A DNA stretch of 63,818 nucleotides, counting the filler. It is 8 parts of 8 records of this genome, joined end to end, with 100 filler letters (N's around TTAATTAATTAA, not from the genome) between each part and the next. Parts side by side here need not be neighbours in the genome. Positions count along the whole stretch, not along the records: positions 19,504 to 28,067 come from SRR31147125_14577; positions 28,168 to 38,149 come from SRR31147125_14582; 6 more parts are not named here. One strand, written 5' to 3'. The notes under the pieces are model-generated. The model saw only the letters and a program-made list of their open reading frames with translations, was not told the DNA's origin and searched no databases. Positions 19,504-29,706 of the stretch are shown here, in pieces; position 1 is the first letter of the stretch; the number at the start of each line of letters is the position of its first letter. The position numbers and the translations under genes were made by a program.

Positions 19504-21261
19504 CCCCATTTACATAGGCTTCCGGATTTTTTTCATTTAAAGTCAACAAACAATACGCAGGGGAGCTTTTTAGCAGAGCTACGGAGTTGATTGCAGCCAT
19601 TCGACTGGCACCTAAACGGTTTAACTTACTTAGCTTGCTCCAGTCCGCCAAGAATGGGAACATGAGCTTTTGAAGCGAACTGATCTCCAAGTTAATCAAA
19701 TCCATCCCCTCATTCCTTTCATTTTCCACCAGATTGATCCATTTAAACAGCCCTTGGTGAAGCCGCTTCTCTTCAAATAAAATCCGGTCCGCATCATATA
19801 CAATTTTTTGCATTCGTTTTTTCGCATCCGGAGAGTCAATCCAAGCGATATTTACATTGGGATCGTCCTGAAGGATCGAGAGCAATTGATTTTTTGTTTC
19901 ACCTTCAATGGGTTGTTTTTCAAATGGATTTCTATTGACACATCTTGAAAAAAGGGAGGCGTGAAGCAGATCCTCATCAATGGAAACATCCTCAAAAGTG
20001 ATCTGAACGACCAATTCCGAATCAATGCCCTTTGGAAACATCTCACAATTGGCTCTCAAACCAAAATGGGACGCCGCAATCGACATATTTTCCGTAAAAG
20101 CCCCGAGTGTCATCAAAGTGGACTCTCCGTTGATATCATAAAAAAATCCGTTTTTCTCCAGATCTTTATACACATACAGTGTTTGATTTTCCCACTGAAC
20201 GATCCAAGGTTGAATGTTATCCGCAGACGGAGCCCATGTACCGGCCGCCACAAGATAGTTTACGACTTCTAAAGGAATTTCAGCTGTTCTGTTTTCCCAA
20301 GGTTGTGAAGGCAATTGTGGAAAATTGATGCCATCCGCTTTGTTGCCGGTTTTATTTTTATTGAGCATTCTCTTCACAACCATTGCTTTTATTTTCTGAA
20401 AAGGATGACGATTCCCCATATATAGTTTTTTACAGATATATTGCTGTGTGAATGGATCGAATTGAAAGTAATAAGGAACACCTTTGACTCCCTTTTTGCC
20501 TAAAATAATTCTGACCGCTTCCGTTCCTGCCATGGAAGAACAAAGTTGACACGCGATATTCAACGAGGGACCTTTTCCCGCTTTAAAGCTCACTTTTGAC
20601 ATATCCATATACTTGAACTGTATCGCTTTTGGAGCCAGTCCAAGTGCAAAGGCAAGATATTGCTCTTCCGGCTCCATATCATCTACAATGTTGAAATACT
20701 CATCAAACCCCATTCCCTGATCCGGTGCAAATATCAGCATCGCCGAACTGTATCCCAACGGCCCTGCGGTAATCACATGTACGCCTTTTTCACGGGCCCT
20801 TGTAAATAATAATCTACGAACGTCAAACGCAAAAAGTCTAAAGAATCAATAACCACATCGACCCCTTCAAGAAATGCATCGACATTCTCTTCACTAATTC
20901 CGGAAGGAAACTCTTTAAACCGGGTGTACGGATTGATGGTAAGCGCTTGCTCTTTCATGACCTCCAATTTGGGGCGCCCAAAATCAGGAATCCGGGCACC
21001 AAACTGCCGGTTCACATTCGCAGCTTCGTAAACGTCAAAATCCGAAATGTGAAAGTTTGAAACCCCAGTCCTCACCATGGTGATCAAATGAATCCCACCC
21101 ACCCCTCCCATTCCGGGAATGGCAACCTTGGCGTTTCCTAACTTACGCTGTTCATCTTCTGTAAAAAGCCCGATATTTCTTGAGAACGCTTCGTTCCGAT
21201 ATTCTTGTTCTGTAAATATACCAAAGGTTTTCAACTTTTCATAAAGCGTGGTTCTTTCCAT
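19504..21261 (-). CDS. ThiF adenylyltransferase-nitroreductase fusion (OxzB-like), split by a 1-nt indel at 20831-20835, 3' truncated
   Basis: ThiF part has AFSRNIG, GMGGVGG, DFD and NVNRQ. One extra T in the T5 run restores DSLDFFAFDVRRLLF...VITAGPLG and joins the second ORF, which has KGPSL and the nitroreductase motif WAPSADNIQPW. The ATG at 21261 has a GGAG SD. Confidence 0.85.
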
Positions 21262-23572
21262 TTGCAAGTTCTCCGGATTGAATATTTGATTTCCTTTTTT
21301 CATTAAAAAGATAGTGCATTACGGCCGGTAGGACAACAAGATCTCCAATAACTGCCAGCATCATTACAATTGCACTCAAAACACCAAAATATACGATTGG
21401 GACAAACCGACTAAACACCATGACGCCAAAACCATAGGTCAAAATAATTGATGAGGTCAGTATTGCTCTCCCTTTACCCATGATGATTTTCTCAATTGAG
21501 TCCGACACACGACCATTTTTAGTTTTTTGCCGTTTATATTCAAATAAAAAATGGATTGTATCGTCGACAGCAATACCGATGGCAACCGCTGAAATAAGCG
21601 AGGTTGCCGTATTGAGAGAAATACTGAACAGCCCCATGATCCCAAAGTTAAGTATTATGGGAAAAAGATTCGGTATGATACTCAAGAACCCTATGGAAAC
21701 CGAGCGCAGCACAATAAAAATAAAGGCAAAAATAACTATGACAGCAATGGTCAAACTATAAACTTGCCCCTCAACCAAAGCCGTGATGGTGTTTACCTCA
21801 TATACCGCTCGCCCGGTCACAAGGATTTCCAGATTTCCATGTGACGGCATCTCGGCAATATATTTTCGAATAGCGTCCACCATTATTTTTTGGTTTGCAG
21901 AACTATACTCATGGGTTCTTGCCGAAATCCTTGCGTGAGTATAGTCACTGTTAATAAAATCATCAACATCATCCGAATCATACAGCAACATGTATTGCGA
22001 AATGAGCTTTTGAGAGTCAGGTATCCTGTAATAGAGTTCATCCTCTGAGTGAAAAGACTGATTGATATCTTTAATAAAATCTACAAATGAAAGCGTTACA
22101 TCCACCATCGGTAACTGCTTCACATAGTTTTGAACTTCTTCCATGATTTTTAAGTTAGTCGGATCTTTAAATGCATCTTCATCATTCGACCGAAATGAAA
22201 CATCAACAGTTCCGACACCGCTCAGGCGTTTCTCTATTTGTGCAAGTGAGTGCCTTACCGGGCTGCTTGCTTTAAAGAATTCAAGCAAATTGGTTTCAAC
22301 ACGAATTTGAAAGGCACAAATAACGGAAAACAGAACAATCCCCCCACTGATCCAAAAAATAATCCGATTGAATTTCAAATTGAAATGCACCATTTTTTCC
22401 AACATTATTGTCACCCATTTACTATCGGACATTTTAAAAAACACTTTTTCAGACGGTAGCATAACTAAAAGGGGGACCATGAAAAAGAAAGAAAATATAA
22501 ATTCGAAGACCATACCTGCAGAAGCCATAAGAGCAAATTGTCTAATCGGTTCAATTGAGCTTGTCGCCAACGAAAGAAATCCAATGGCCGTCGTCAATGT
22601 CGTAAGAACACATGGTACAAAGATGCTCTGCAGGACATGGCACAGTGCCTTTTTTTTGTCTTGATAGCGTTGCAGCAGCCGAATATCCATATGTGAGAAG
22701 ATATGAACCGTATCACAAAGCGCCAACGCCATGATCAGAGGGGGGACAATTGACGTTACATTGTTCATGGCAATACCGGCAAGGTAAAACAACCCCATTG
22801 TCGATCCCATACACAAGCTGATATTGGCAAGACTCAGCAAGGTAATAGATAATTTACCGAAAAAAACAAAGATCGATACGGTAATCAATAAGTACGTCAG
22901 AGGGATAAAAATTGTCATATCCTCTTTCAGATACTTGCTCAAATAGTAATTGGTGGTTGTCCATCCGGCAACCCAGAATGTCGTTTCTTCATCAGCAAAT
23001 TGATCGATGATCTCGTTGCACCGTTCAAGTACAATGCGTCGATAATTCTCATCATCCGGCTTATCATAGATAAAAACGACGATCGCTGCAGTGTTCCCAT
23101 CTGCTGAAATCAAATTATTCAAATACAAGGGATTACCAATTGCCCGCTTTTTCAAACGTTCCAATGCGGTTGAATCCAAAGGGATCTCTCCTAAAAAGCT
23201 TCTAACTTCAAAATATTCATCTCCCCCAATTGTATCGTCGACATTCGCTAAACTCTTTACTTCACGAACGATATCAATTTCTTCAATTTTTTCTGTGATT
23301 TTTTTCAGCAATGTCAAGTTTTCATGGGTGAACAACTCATTTTTTTCAAAGGCAATGATAAAAAATTCATCATTGCCAAACACTTTCTTTACATTGTCAT
23401 AAATTTCGGTATTCGGATCATCATCGAGTGCGAAATAATCGACATTGTCGACAGTATCGACAAAAGGGGCGAACAAAGAAAAAAAGACCGCTAGTAACAC
23501 GGTGAATGTCAATAAAGCCTTATGGTATTTCAGTATTTTCTCAAAAAACATCATCATTCGGAATTCTTTCAT
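21239..23572 (-). CDS. MMPL/RND-superfamily lipid-type transporter
   Basis: Two repeats of a periplasmic loop plus TM bundle; TTLTTAIGF and GIAVDDTIHF motifs. Confidence 0.92.
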   Translation of the reverse strand: MKEFRMMMFFEKILKYHKALLTFTVLLAVFFSLFAPFVDTVDNVDYFALDDDPNTEIYDNVKKVFGNDEFFIIAFEKNELFTHENLTLLKKITEKIEEIDIVREVKSLANVDDTIGGDEYFEVRSFLGEIPLDSTALERLKKRAIGNPLYLNNLISADGNTAAIVVFIYDKPDDENYRRIVLERCNEIIDQFADEETTFWVAGWTTTNYYLSKYLKEDMTIFIPLTYLLITVSIFVFFGKLSITLLSLANISLCMGSTMGLFYLAGIAMNNVTSIVPPLIMALALCDTVHIFSHMDIRLLQRYQDKKKALCHVLQSIFVPCVLTTLTTAIGFLSLATSSIEPIRQFALMASAGMVFEFIFSFFFMVPLLVMLPSEKVFFKMSDSKWVTIMLEKMVHFNLKFNRIIFWISGGIVLFSVICAFQIRVETNLLEFFKASSPVRHSLAQIEKRLSGVGTVDVSFRSNDEDAFKDPTNLKIMEEVQNYVKQLPMVDVTLSFVDFIKDINQSFHSEDELYYRIPDSQKLISQYMLLYDSDDVDDFINSDYTHARISARTHEYSSANQKIMVDAIRKYIAEMPSHGNLEILVTGRAVYEVNTITALVEGQVYSLTIAVIVIFAFIFIVLRSVSIGFLSIIPNLFPIILNFGIMGLFSISLNTATSLISAVAIGIAVDDTIHFLFEYKRQKTKNGRVSDSIEKIIMGKGRAILTSSIILTYGFGVMVFSRFVPIVYFGVLSAIVMMLAVIGDLVVLPAVMHYLFNEKRKSNIQSGELANGKNHAL

Positions 23573-23593
23573 TTTTTAATTCTTCGTTTGATT

Positions 23594-23867
23594 ATGTCCA
23601 ACTCTTCAACCGTTCAAAACGCAGCCAATTTTTCCATGTTTATGGTGAACGTTTCCCAAGCGCTTGGAAGAACGACATCAGAAAAGACACCTTTCAGTGT
23701 CAATGATCTGAAAGCCAGATTTCACGGGGTTTTCTATATCAAAGAACTATTAAAAACTGACCCACGCTTTGACGGATCAGATATTTTTGATCGACTATAT
23801 GAGAAAATTGGCCGTATAGGCTGTATTCATCAACAACCTAAGACGGCATAATTGGCGAAGGTATTTG
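23594..23867 (+). mobile_element. C-terminal remnant of a DDE (IS4/IS701-like) transposase with a possible terminal inverted repeat
   Basis: VQNAANFSMFMVNVSQAL...FSVNDLKARFHG...IGRIGCIH resembles a DDE transposase C-terminus (recalled from memory, not searched). TTGGCGAAGGTATTTG follows the stop directly. Confidence 0.55.
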
Positions 23868-24089
23868 TTAATACGAAAGCGTATTTTCATTTTTCTTGAC
23901 TTATTTCACTTAAAAAATATAAATAGATAAATAGCGATTACTAATCAACAATTTTTATAATATTTAATACTGAGCTCACGCAATTCTTCGAACTCGACAT
24001 TGAATTTTCACAAGAATCCTGTCATGGCAACACTTTTCGATGCAAGCTGATACAAAAAAATATCTATAAAGACCAAAGGTGCCCCTAAC

Positions 24090-24812
24090 ATGTTAAAATA
24101 TGATCGATTCACATTCGGAGAGGCTGGCCCGGAAATATTAGACAAAATATACCGTTTGCGATATGAAGTCTACGCTTTGGAATTCGGCTTTGAAAACCCG
24201 AATGATTTTCCGGACAAACGAGAAACGGATCAATACGATCCGTACTCAATACATTTTATCGCTATGAATGAAGATCAGGATGTTATTGGTACGGTGAGAA
24301 TGATTCTACACTCTGAAGAAAATGGTTTTCCCATAGAACATGCATCCGAGATAACGGATTTTCATGACAAACCAGACAATAAAGCAATTACGGAAGTCTC
24401 GAGGCTCACTGTTTCAAAACTTCTCCGAAGAAGACCTGAAGATGGAATGCATGGTGTTGAGTCTTACATCAAAAAATCCCAAGGTGGGGTTTTGGATGAA
24501 CAGCAGCAATATCAAAATGAAAAAAGAAAGCGCCCGGCCATTGTTCTGGGTCTTTATCGTGCTGTTTATCAGAAGTGCAAAGAACTCGGCATCACCCATA
24601 TGTACATGATTACCGAAAATAAGCTCTTTCACGCGCTATATAAGTTTGGATTTATTTTTTCAAAGGTGGGAGCCACGGTCGAGTACCATGGTCAGCGCAC
24701 GCCCTATGCGACATCATGGCGAACCATAGAAGAGCATATGCATGTGCATCACCCTGGGCTTCTCGAATTTTTGTTATTCGGACTTGACCAAAAGTATCAT
24801 CCAAAATTTTGA
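24090..24812 (+). CDS. PEP-CTERM/exosortase-associated acyltransferase (ExoAT-type N-acyl amino acid synthase)
   Basis: IYRLRYEVYALEFGFE, ETDQYD, EVSRL...RRR and VEYHGQRTPY. Confidence 0.88.
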   Translation: MLKYDRFTFGEAGPEILDKIYRLRYEVYALEFGFENPNDFPDKRETDQYDPYSIHFIAMNEDQDVIGTVRMILHSEENGFPIEHASEITDFHDKPDNKAITEVSRLTVSKLLRRRPEDGMHGVESYIKKSQGGVLDEQQQYQNEKRKRPAIVLGLYRAVYQKCKELGITHMYMITENKLFHALYKFGFIFSKVGATVEYHGQRTPYATSWRTIEEHMHVHHPGLLEFLLFGLDQKYHPKF

Positions 24813-25635
24813 AACATGGCAATGTATTTGTAGTAACTCTGCAATGCACTGTATCTCTCTAAACCCTCAGCAGTATCGTTGGTTGTGAAAATTGTCGAGT
24901 CCGAGTTCTCTTTAAACAAGAAATGATACAGATTTTTCTCCGACTTCTTTTCACCATAGACCTTTTTGTATTTTTGCTCAATTGTTCTTAAATTGAGACG
25001 CATGGCAACAGCCGGGTTGTCATTCACATAGCCATACGCTTTTATCTCGCCGATCTTTTCAAAAAGCAAGATATCCTCATATAGCCATAAATATTTCGGA
25101 TGCGTTGTAATCACAAGATCATCGGCATCCATATACTCTTTTGAATAAAGAATTGTCATTCGACTCCCCAACATGGGAATCTTCATATTTCTTTGTCGAA
25201 ATAACGGCTCAGATGCTAAACATCCTGCCTCAACCAGAGAACGCCCCTCAGCCCGCATTTCATCCAGAACATCTTTAAATGCGCAATCCATGGGCAAACC
25301 ATCTTCTCGTGAATCCGGAAAAACACTGATTGTATATATAGGTACTTCTTGCCCACTTCCATCATTGAACATGCCTAAAAAACCCTCGAATCCGGATGCG
25401 AATGGTGTGGAATGATTCTCAATGCCGTAGAAGATGGCTGAATATAACCGGATTCAACATAGACATCATGAACCAAGCGAAAAGATTTGACATAGTGATC
25501 AAATGTTTCTGCCGGTCTAAAAGTAATGTTTTTCACATTTAATTGGAGTGGTTGCAGGTAATATCGGCTCAACCGAGAGCGAATCGCTTTTGGCATACAT
25601 CTTACAAACCATTTTCGAATCTTTTTCAAGTTCAA
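24797..25635 (-). CDS. FeeM-type N-acyl amino acid synthase (OxzA-like), split by a 1-nt indel at 25377-25382
   Basis: The first half has SFRLVHDVYVESGYI. The second half has DSREDGLPMD, LVEAGCLA, ITTHPKY...YEDILLFE and VNDNPAV. One extra T in the T6 run joins SRVF-LG-MFND. Probable TTG start at 25635. Confidence 0.82.
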
Positions 25636-25868
25636 GTATCTATACCTTTTCACAAATTTGTCAATAAATTGAATCCGACAGTAGCTCTTTTTCCATACAA
25701 GGTCAAGTAAAACGATTGCCAATCAATTTCAAAAATGTTTCCAAACCATCGATCCCGTTTTGACTTACCTGAAAACCGATTTCAAGATTCACAATACCAT
25801 ATGAATACACGACAAGGTTTCTGAAGCCGATAAATTGGATTATTCGCATGGTCGGCAAGTGGGATCAC

Positions 25869-25970
25869 CTAAGCTTCCGGGAAAAACTCATCATCCATGA
25901 TCTCGTCTTAGGAAAAAGGGCACTCCATGGGAAATTGATTTTTGTCGACACCGGTTTCCTTTTTAACCAA
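25869..25970 (-). pseudogene. DUF29-family C-terminal remnant
   Basis: Reads LVKKETGVDKNQFPMECPFS*DEIMDDEFFPEA*, matching the DUF29 C-terminal pattern ETGxxxxxFPxxCPyxxxxixDxdFxP (from memory). It has an internal stop and no start. Confidence 0.6.
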
Positions 25971-27946
25971 TCAAATCAACTGCCGAATCTCATCCAGGCG
26001 CTCTTTGGTTGCCATCATTCCCCGCTCCATCAACACCCGGCCTTTATGGAAATCATCCCAGGCAAAGCCTTGCACATCGGGATAAAGAACAATATCGGCT
26101 TGTTCCGCATAATTACTGACAGCCCGGCCATGAACGATACTCATGGTACTGGAGATGACGCTCATTATCCCGGGCGGTTTGCCGTCGATTATCCCTTCTT
26201 GCGTCTGCTTTTCCACACAAACGGCAATCACTCGGTCCGCCCCTTTTTGAATCAATCGATCCACCGGAACAGGATTGAGCAACCCTCCATCCACCATCCA
26301 ACGACCATTGTATCCATAGGGTTCAAAAATACCGGGAATGGAGATACTGGCCCTAACCGCCTTGGCCACGCTCCCCTGCTCCATCAACACCTCTTCGCCG
26401 TTCAGGATATCCACCCCTACAAAATAAGACGGAATCTTCAAATCCAGAAAATCGGCATCATCGATGGCATTGGCCACCAGGTGCATGGCCTTTCTTCCTT
26501 TCAGCACCCCCTGGAAGGGCAATGTATAATCGAAAATTTCTCTCCTTGCAATTTTTCTGGACGGGAACAGGTCAATGGTGTTGCGCTTCAAGTGGTCAAC
26601 AGATGCCGCTGCCCCGTAAATCCCCCCCACCAGTGCCCCCATGCTGGTTCCGGCGATCATGTCGATGGGAATACCTTCATCTTCCAACACCTTGAGCACT
26701 CCGATATGGGCCCATCCCCTGGCAGCGCCGGCGCCAAGAGCAAGTCCGACCCGCACCCCGGCAATCTCCCGGGCCACGGCCCGTGAGCCTTTGATGGGAA
26801 ATCGCTTTTCCGTATCGATGCGATCCTGATAGGCACTGTCCGACCGCTCCACCCAAATTTGCGGCACCTCGGACAAATTGAGTCGTTCCTGAAGATCCTG
26901 CCGCGCCATTCCCCGTTCACCTAAAAGGTGGCTTACCCCCACACGTATTCGATCAAGTCCCGGCCCGGTGATCTTCTCGATTTCATTGAGGCGCTGCCGA
27001 ACTTGAGGCAATGCCTGTTTTGTATTGTTGATCAACACCAGATTTTTATCGCATAAACGAACCAGCAGCCGCTCCAACGCATTGAACTCATGGGAGAGCG
27101 TAAAAAAAGACAAATCAAACCGATCCCTGAAACTCTCCATCAGATGGGGCAAACAATTTGAAAGATGGTGGGAAAAGCCTTGATTCACCTGCAGCACGGT
27201 AAACCCGGATGGATGCTGAAACCAATGAAAATCCTTTGCTTTGTAGAGCCCGGCGGGGAGTAGGTCAAACAGCGTTGTATCCGGACAGATCACATCGTAC
27301 AAGCCCAGTTTATGCATAACATTTCGAAGCTCATGCTGGGGTTCCACAATCAACACCTTTTTAGGAGATTCGGTGGAGATGTGAAAAGCGACGGAGTAAA
27401 GAAAATGATGAAGTCCCAAACCGGGATCGGTTGCCGATACCGCATAAAAACCGGTTTGGGGGGTGTGCCGCTGCCTCGACACGCCATATCGACACTGCCG
27501 TCATTGACCATGCGACGCGCATAATAGCGACTGAGATAGAGCCCCATGCTTTTATGCTTCACCAACAGAGCCTCAAACTCCGGACGATGGATGGAGTAGA
27601 TGGTGGCATCCAGACTCACACGGGCAGTGGCATTTCTGAGCCCTTCTGAAAGTAGTGCCATCTCACCGAAAAAATCCCCCCGTCTCAACTCTGAAAGAAA
27701 GACTTCACTACGGCCCTTCCCTGCCGATATGACCACCACACCGGAACGGATAATGAACATGGCATCGCCGAACTCCCCTTCCCGGCAAATCACCTCCCCT
27801 TTTTCATAAGCGGTGCACTTAAATTGAAGTGCCATATCTTGAATTTGAGAAAAGGGGATTGATGAAAAGAGAGGAATTTTGGAAAGAAAGCGTTTCAGGT
27901 CATGGTGTTGATCACGATTATTCGTAGTCATTTTCAACAGCCCCAT
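25971..27946 (-). CDS. cNMP-binding domain + patatin-like phospholipase (NTE/RssA-like), split by a 1-nt indel at 27446-27450
   Basis: cNMP domain GDFFGEMALL...RNATA; patatin motifs GAGAARG, GTSMG and DGG. One extra T joins PKPVF-YAVSATD. Confidence 0.88.
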
Positions 27947-28035
27947 TCAAATACATTATAACCAATGAATTACAAAAAAAATTGAATTCACCTATCGCAG
28001 GTCTCAACAATTTCCGGTGTACCACAACCTGTCGT

Positions 28036-28067
28036 TTCCTCTCCATTCATGGAGAGGGGGAGGGGTG
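28036..28067. repeat. REP-like palindrome at the contig end
   Basis: CCTCTCCAT-tc-ATGGAGAGG followed by GGGAGGGGTG. The assembly breaks here. Confidence 0.5.
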
Positions 28068-28167
28068 NNNNNNNNNNNNNNNNNNNNNNNNNNNNNNNNN
28101 NNNNNNNNNNNTTAATTAATTAANNNNNNNNNNNNNNNNNNNNNNNNNNNNNNNNNNNNNNNNNNNN
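28068..28167. other. Artificial contig spacer
   Basis: N44-TTAATTAATTAA-N44. Confidence 0.99.
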
Positions 28168-28247
28168 CAGGCTGTTCCGGTGCATGCCCCGTTATTTACT
28201 TCGTTTATTCCAAGTTGTTTTAGTTCTTTTGAAATGTTGATTTTCAT
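28168..28247 (-). CDS. N-terminus of a probable ALDH7/AmaB-like aldehyde dehydrogenase (2-aminoadipate semialdehyde/P6C dehydrogenase), cut by the contig edge
   Basis: Reads MKINISKELKQLGINEVNNGACTGTA(W), resembling the 'LkqLGIxxxNxGxsTG' start of Bacteroidota ALDH7 proteins as I recall it. Only 26 codons are visible. Confidence 0.5.
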
Positions 28248-28280
28248 AATTTATTATTTTCTATTTTATTCTATTATTAC

Positions 28281-28487
28281 ACCACCCCACCGCTGAAAAC
28301 GCGGTACCCCCCTCCTCGAAAAGGAGGGGAAATTCGTGGTCCAAATCATATTTGTTCTTTCAAATTTTAAAACTCAATTCATTTTCTTTAGTCAAATAAT
28401 TTCCACTTCGCTATATCCTTTCACCGGCCCAGTTTCTACTCCTTTTCGAGGAGGAGTATCCCGATGGTTAGTCGGGAGGAGGTAGTG
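28281..28487. repeat. Inverted pair of REP-like double-hairpin elements
   Basis: Copies at 28281-28330 (+) and about 28435-28487 (-) share an identical core CTCCTCGAAAAGGAG, each preceded by a second GC-rich hairpin. Confidence 0.7.
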
Positions 28488-28501
28488 TTTTATTAATTAA
28501 C

Positions 28502-29704
28502 TTATACTCTCTCCAAAACCATAGAAAGTCCCTGCCCCACACCAACACACATTGTACATAAAGCATATTTGGCATTTGAATCCTGCAGCTGATAAAAAGC
28601 TGAAGTAATCAAACGTGCACCAGACATCCCCAGCGGATGGCCAAGTGCAATTGCTCCACCAAGCGGATTTAATCGTTCATCATTGTCATCCAATCCAAAC
28701 TCACGGATGCAAGCCAGCGATTGTGCAGCAAATGCTTCATTTAATTCGATTACGTCCATCTGATTGAGCGACATTCCTAATCTTCGCATTAGTTTATCGG
28801 TTGCGGGAACCGGCCCTATTCCCATAATGTAAGGAGGAACACCGGCTGCCTGAACACCCAGAATACGAACTTTAGGAGTTATATTGTATCTTTTTACAGC
28901 GGCTTTGGAAGCCACAATTACCGCAGCAGCACCATCGTTTATTCCCGATGCATTTCCGGCAGTTACTGTACATCCTTCACCTAACACAGGTTTTAAAGTC
29001 CGCAATTTTTCCAACGAAGTTAAACGCGGGTGTTCGTCTTGTCCCACCAAAATTGGTTCACTTTTACGCTGCGGAATAGAAACAGGAATAATTTCTTTAG
29101 CCAGTTTACCGTTGTTTTGCGCTTCTGCTGTTTTTAATTGACTGTTGTGGGCAAACTTATCCTGGTCTTCGCGACTGATTTTACATTCAACAGCCAAATT
29201 CTCGGCAGTTTGAATTAATGGGTCGGTGCCAAATTGTTGTTGAAATTTCTTATTTACAAAGCGCCAGCCAATGGTTGAGTCGTACACTTCGGGATTTCGG
29301 GAAAAAGCTTGTGTAGCTTTGGCCATAACAATTGGTGCCCGCGACATACTTTCTGCACCTCCGGCAACAATAAGGTCAGCCTCGCCGGCCTTAATTGCAC
29401 GGGCTGCAAGCCCAACAGCTTCCATTCCCGACGAACACAAACGATTAACGGTAACGCCCGGAACCGACTCCGGGAATCCGGCCAGAAGCAGCGCCATTCG
29501 TGCAATATTTCGGTTGTCCTCGCCGGCTTGGTTGGCATTACCCAAAATAACATCGTCAACAGCGCTTAAATCCATTTGCAGATTTCGCTGAATTAGTGCC
29601 TTTAAAGGAATAGCCGCCAAATCATCGGCACGGATAGATGACAAAGCTCCGCCGTATTTTCCAACCGGCGTTCGGATAGCATCGCAAATAAAAACTTCGT
29701 TCAT
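28502..29704 (-). CDS. pcaF: 3-oxoadipyl-CoA thiolase (PcaF/PaaJ clade)
   Basis: ICDAIRTPVGKYGGALSSIRADDLAA, ANQAGEDNRN, catalytic NRLCSSG, DSTIGWRFVN, GHPLG and CVGVGQG. Confidence 0.9.
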   Translation of the reverse strand: MNEVFICDAIRTPVGKYGGALSSIRADDLAAIPLKALIQRNLQMDLSAVDDVILGNANQAGEDNRNIARMALLLAGFPESVPGVTVNRLCSSGMEAVGLAARAIKAGEADLIVAGGAESMSRAPIVMAKATQAFSRNPEVYDSTIGWRFVNKKFQQQFGTDPLIQTAENLAVECKISREDQDKFAHNSQLKTAEAQNNGKLAKEIIPVSIPQRKSEPILVGQDEHPRLTSLEKLRTLKPVLGEGCTVTAGNASGINDGAAAVIVASKAAVKRYNITPKVRILGVQAAGVPPYIMGIGPVPATDKLMRRLGMSLNQMDVIELNEAFAAQSLACIREFGLDDNDERLNPLGGAIALGHPLGMSGARLITSAFYQLQDSNAKYALCTMCVGVGQGLSMVLERV

Positions 29705-29706
29705 AT

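Noticed and set aside
19504-21261. RiPP (microcin C or azole) cluster, or a CBASS/ThiF defence system with the patatin
   Set aside because: No precursor peptide, YcaO, CD-NTase, E2 or JAB gene is present. The acyltransferase context fits OxzAB-like chemistry better.
24090-24812. LuxI acyl-homoserine lactone synthase
   Set aside because: It has the same fold, but the motifs (RYEVY..E.GFE, SRL...RRR, EYHG.R.PY) fit the exosortase-associated acyltransferases, and no luxR is adjacent.
25848-26786. 312-aa plus-strand ORF
   Set aside because: It is the antisense shadow of the GC-richer patatin gene and has no recognisable motifs.
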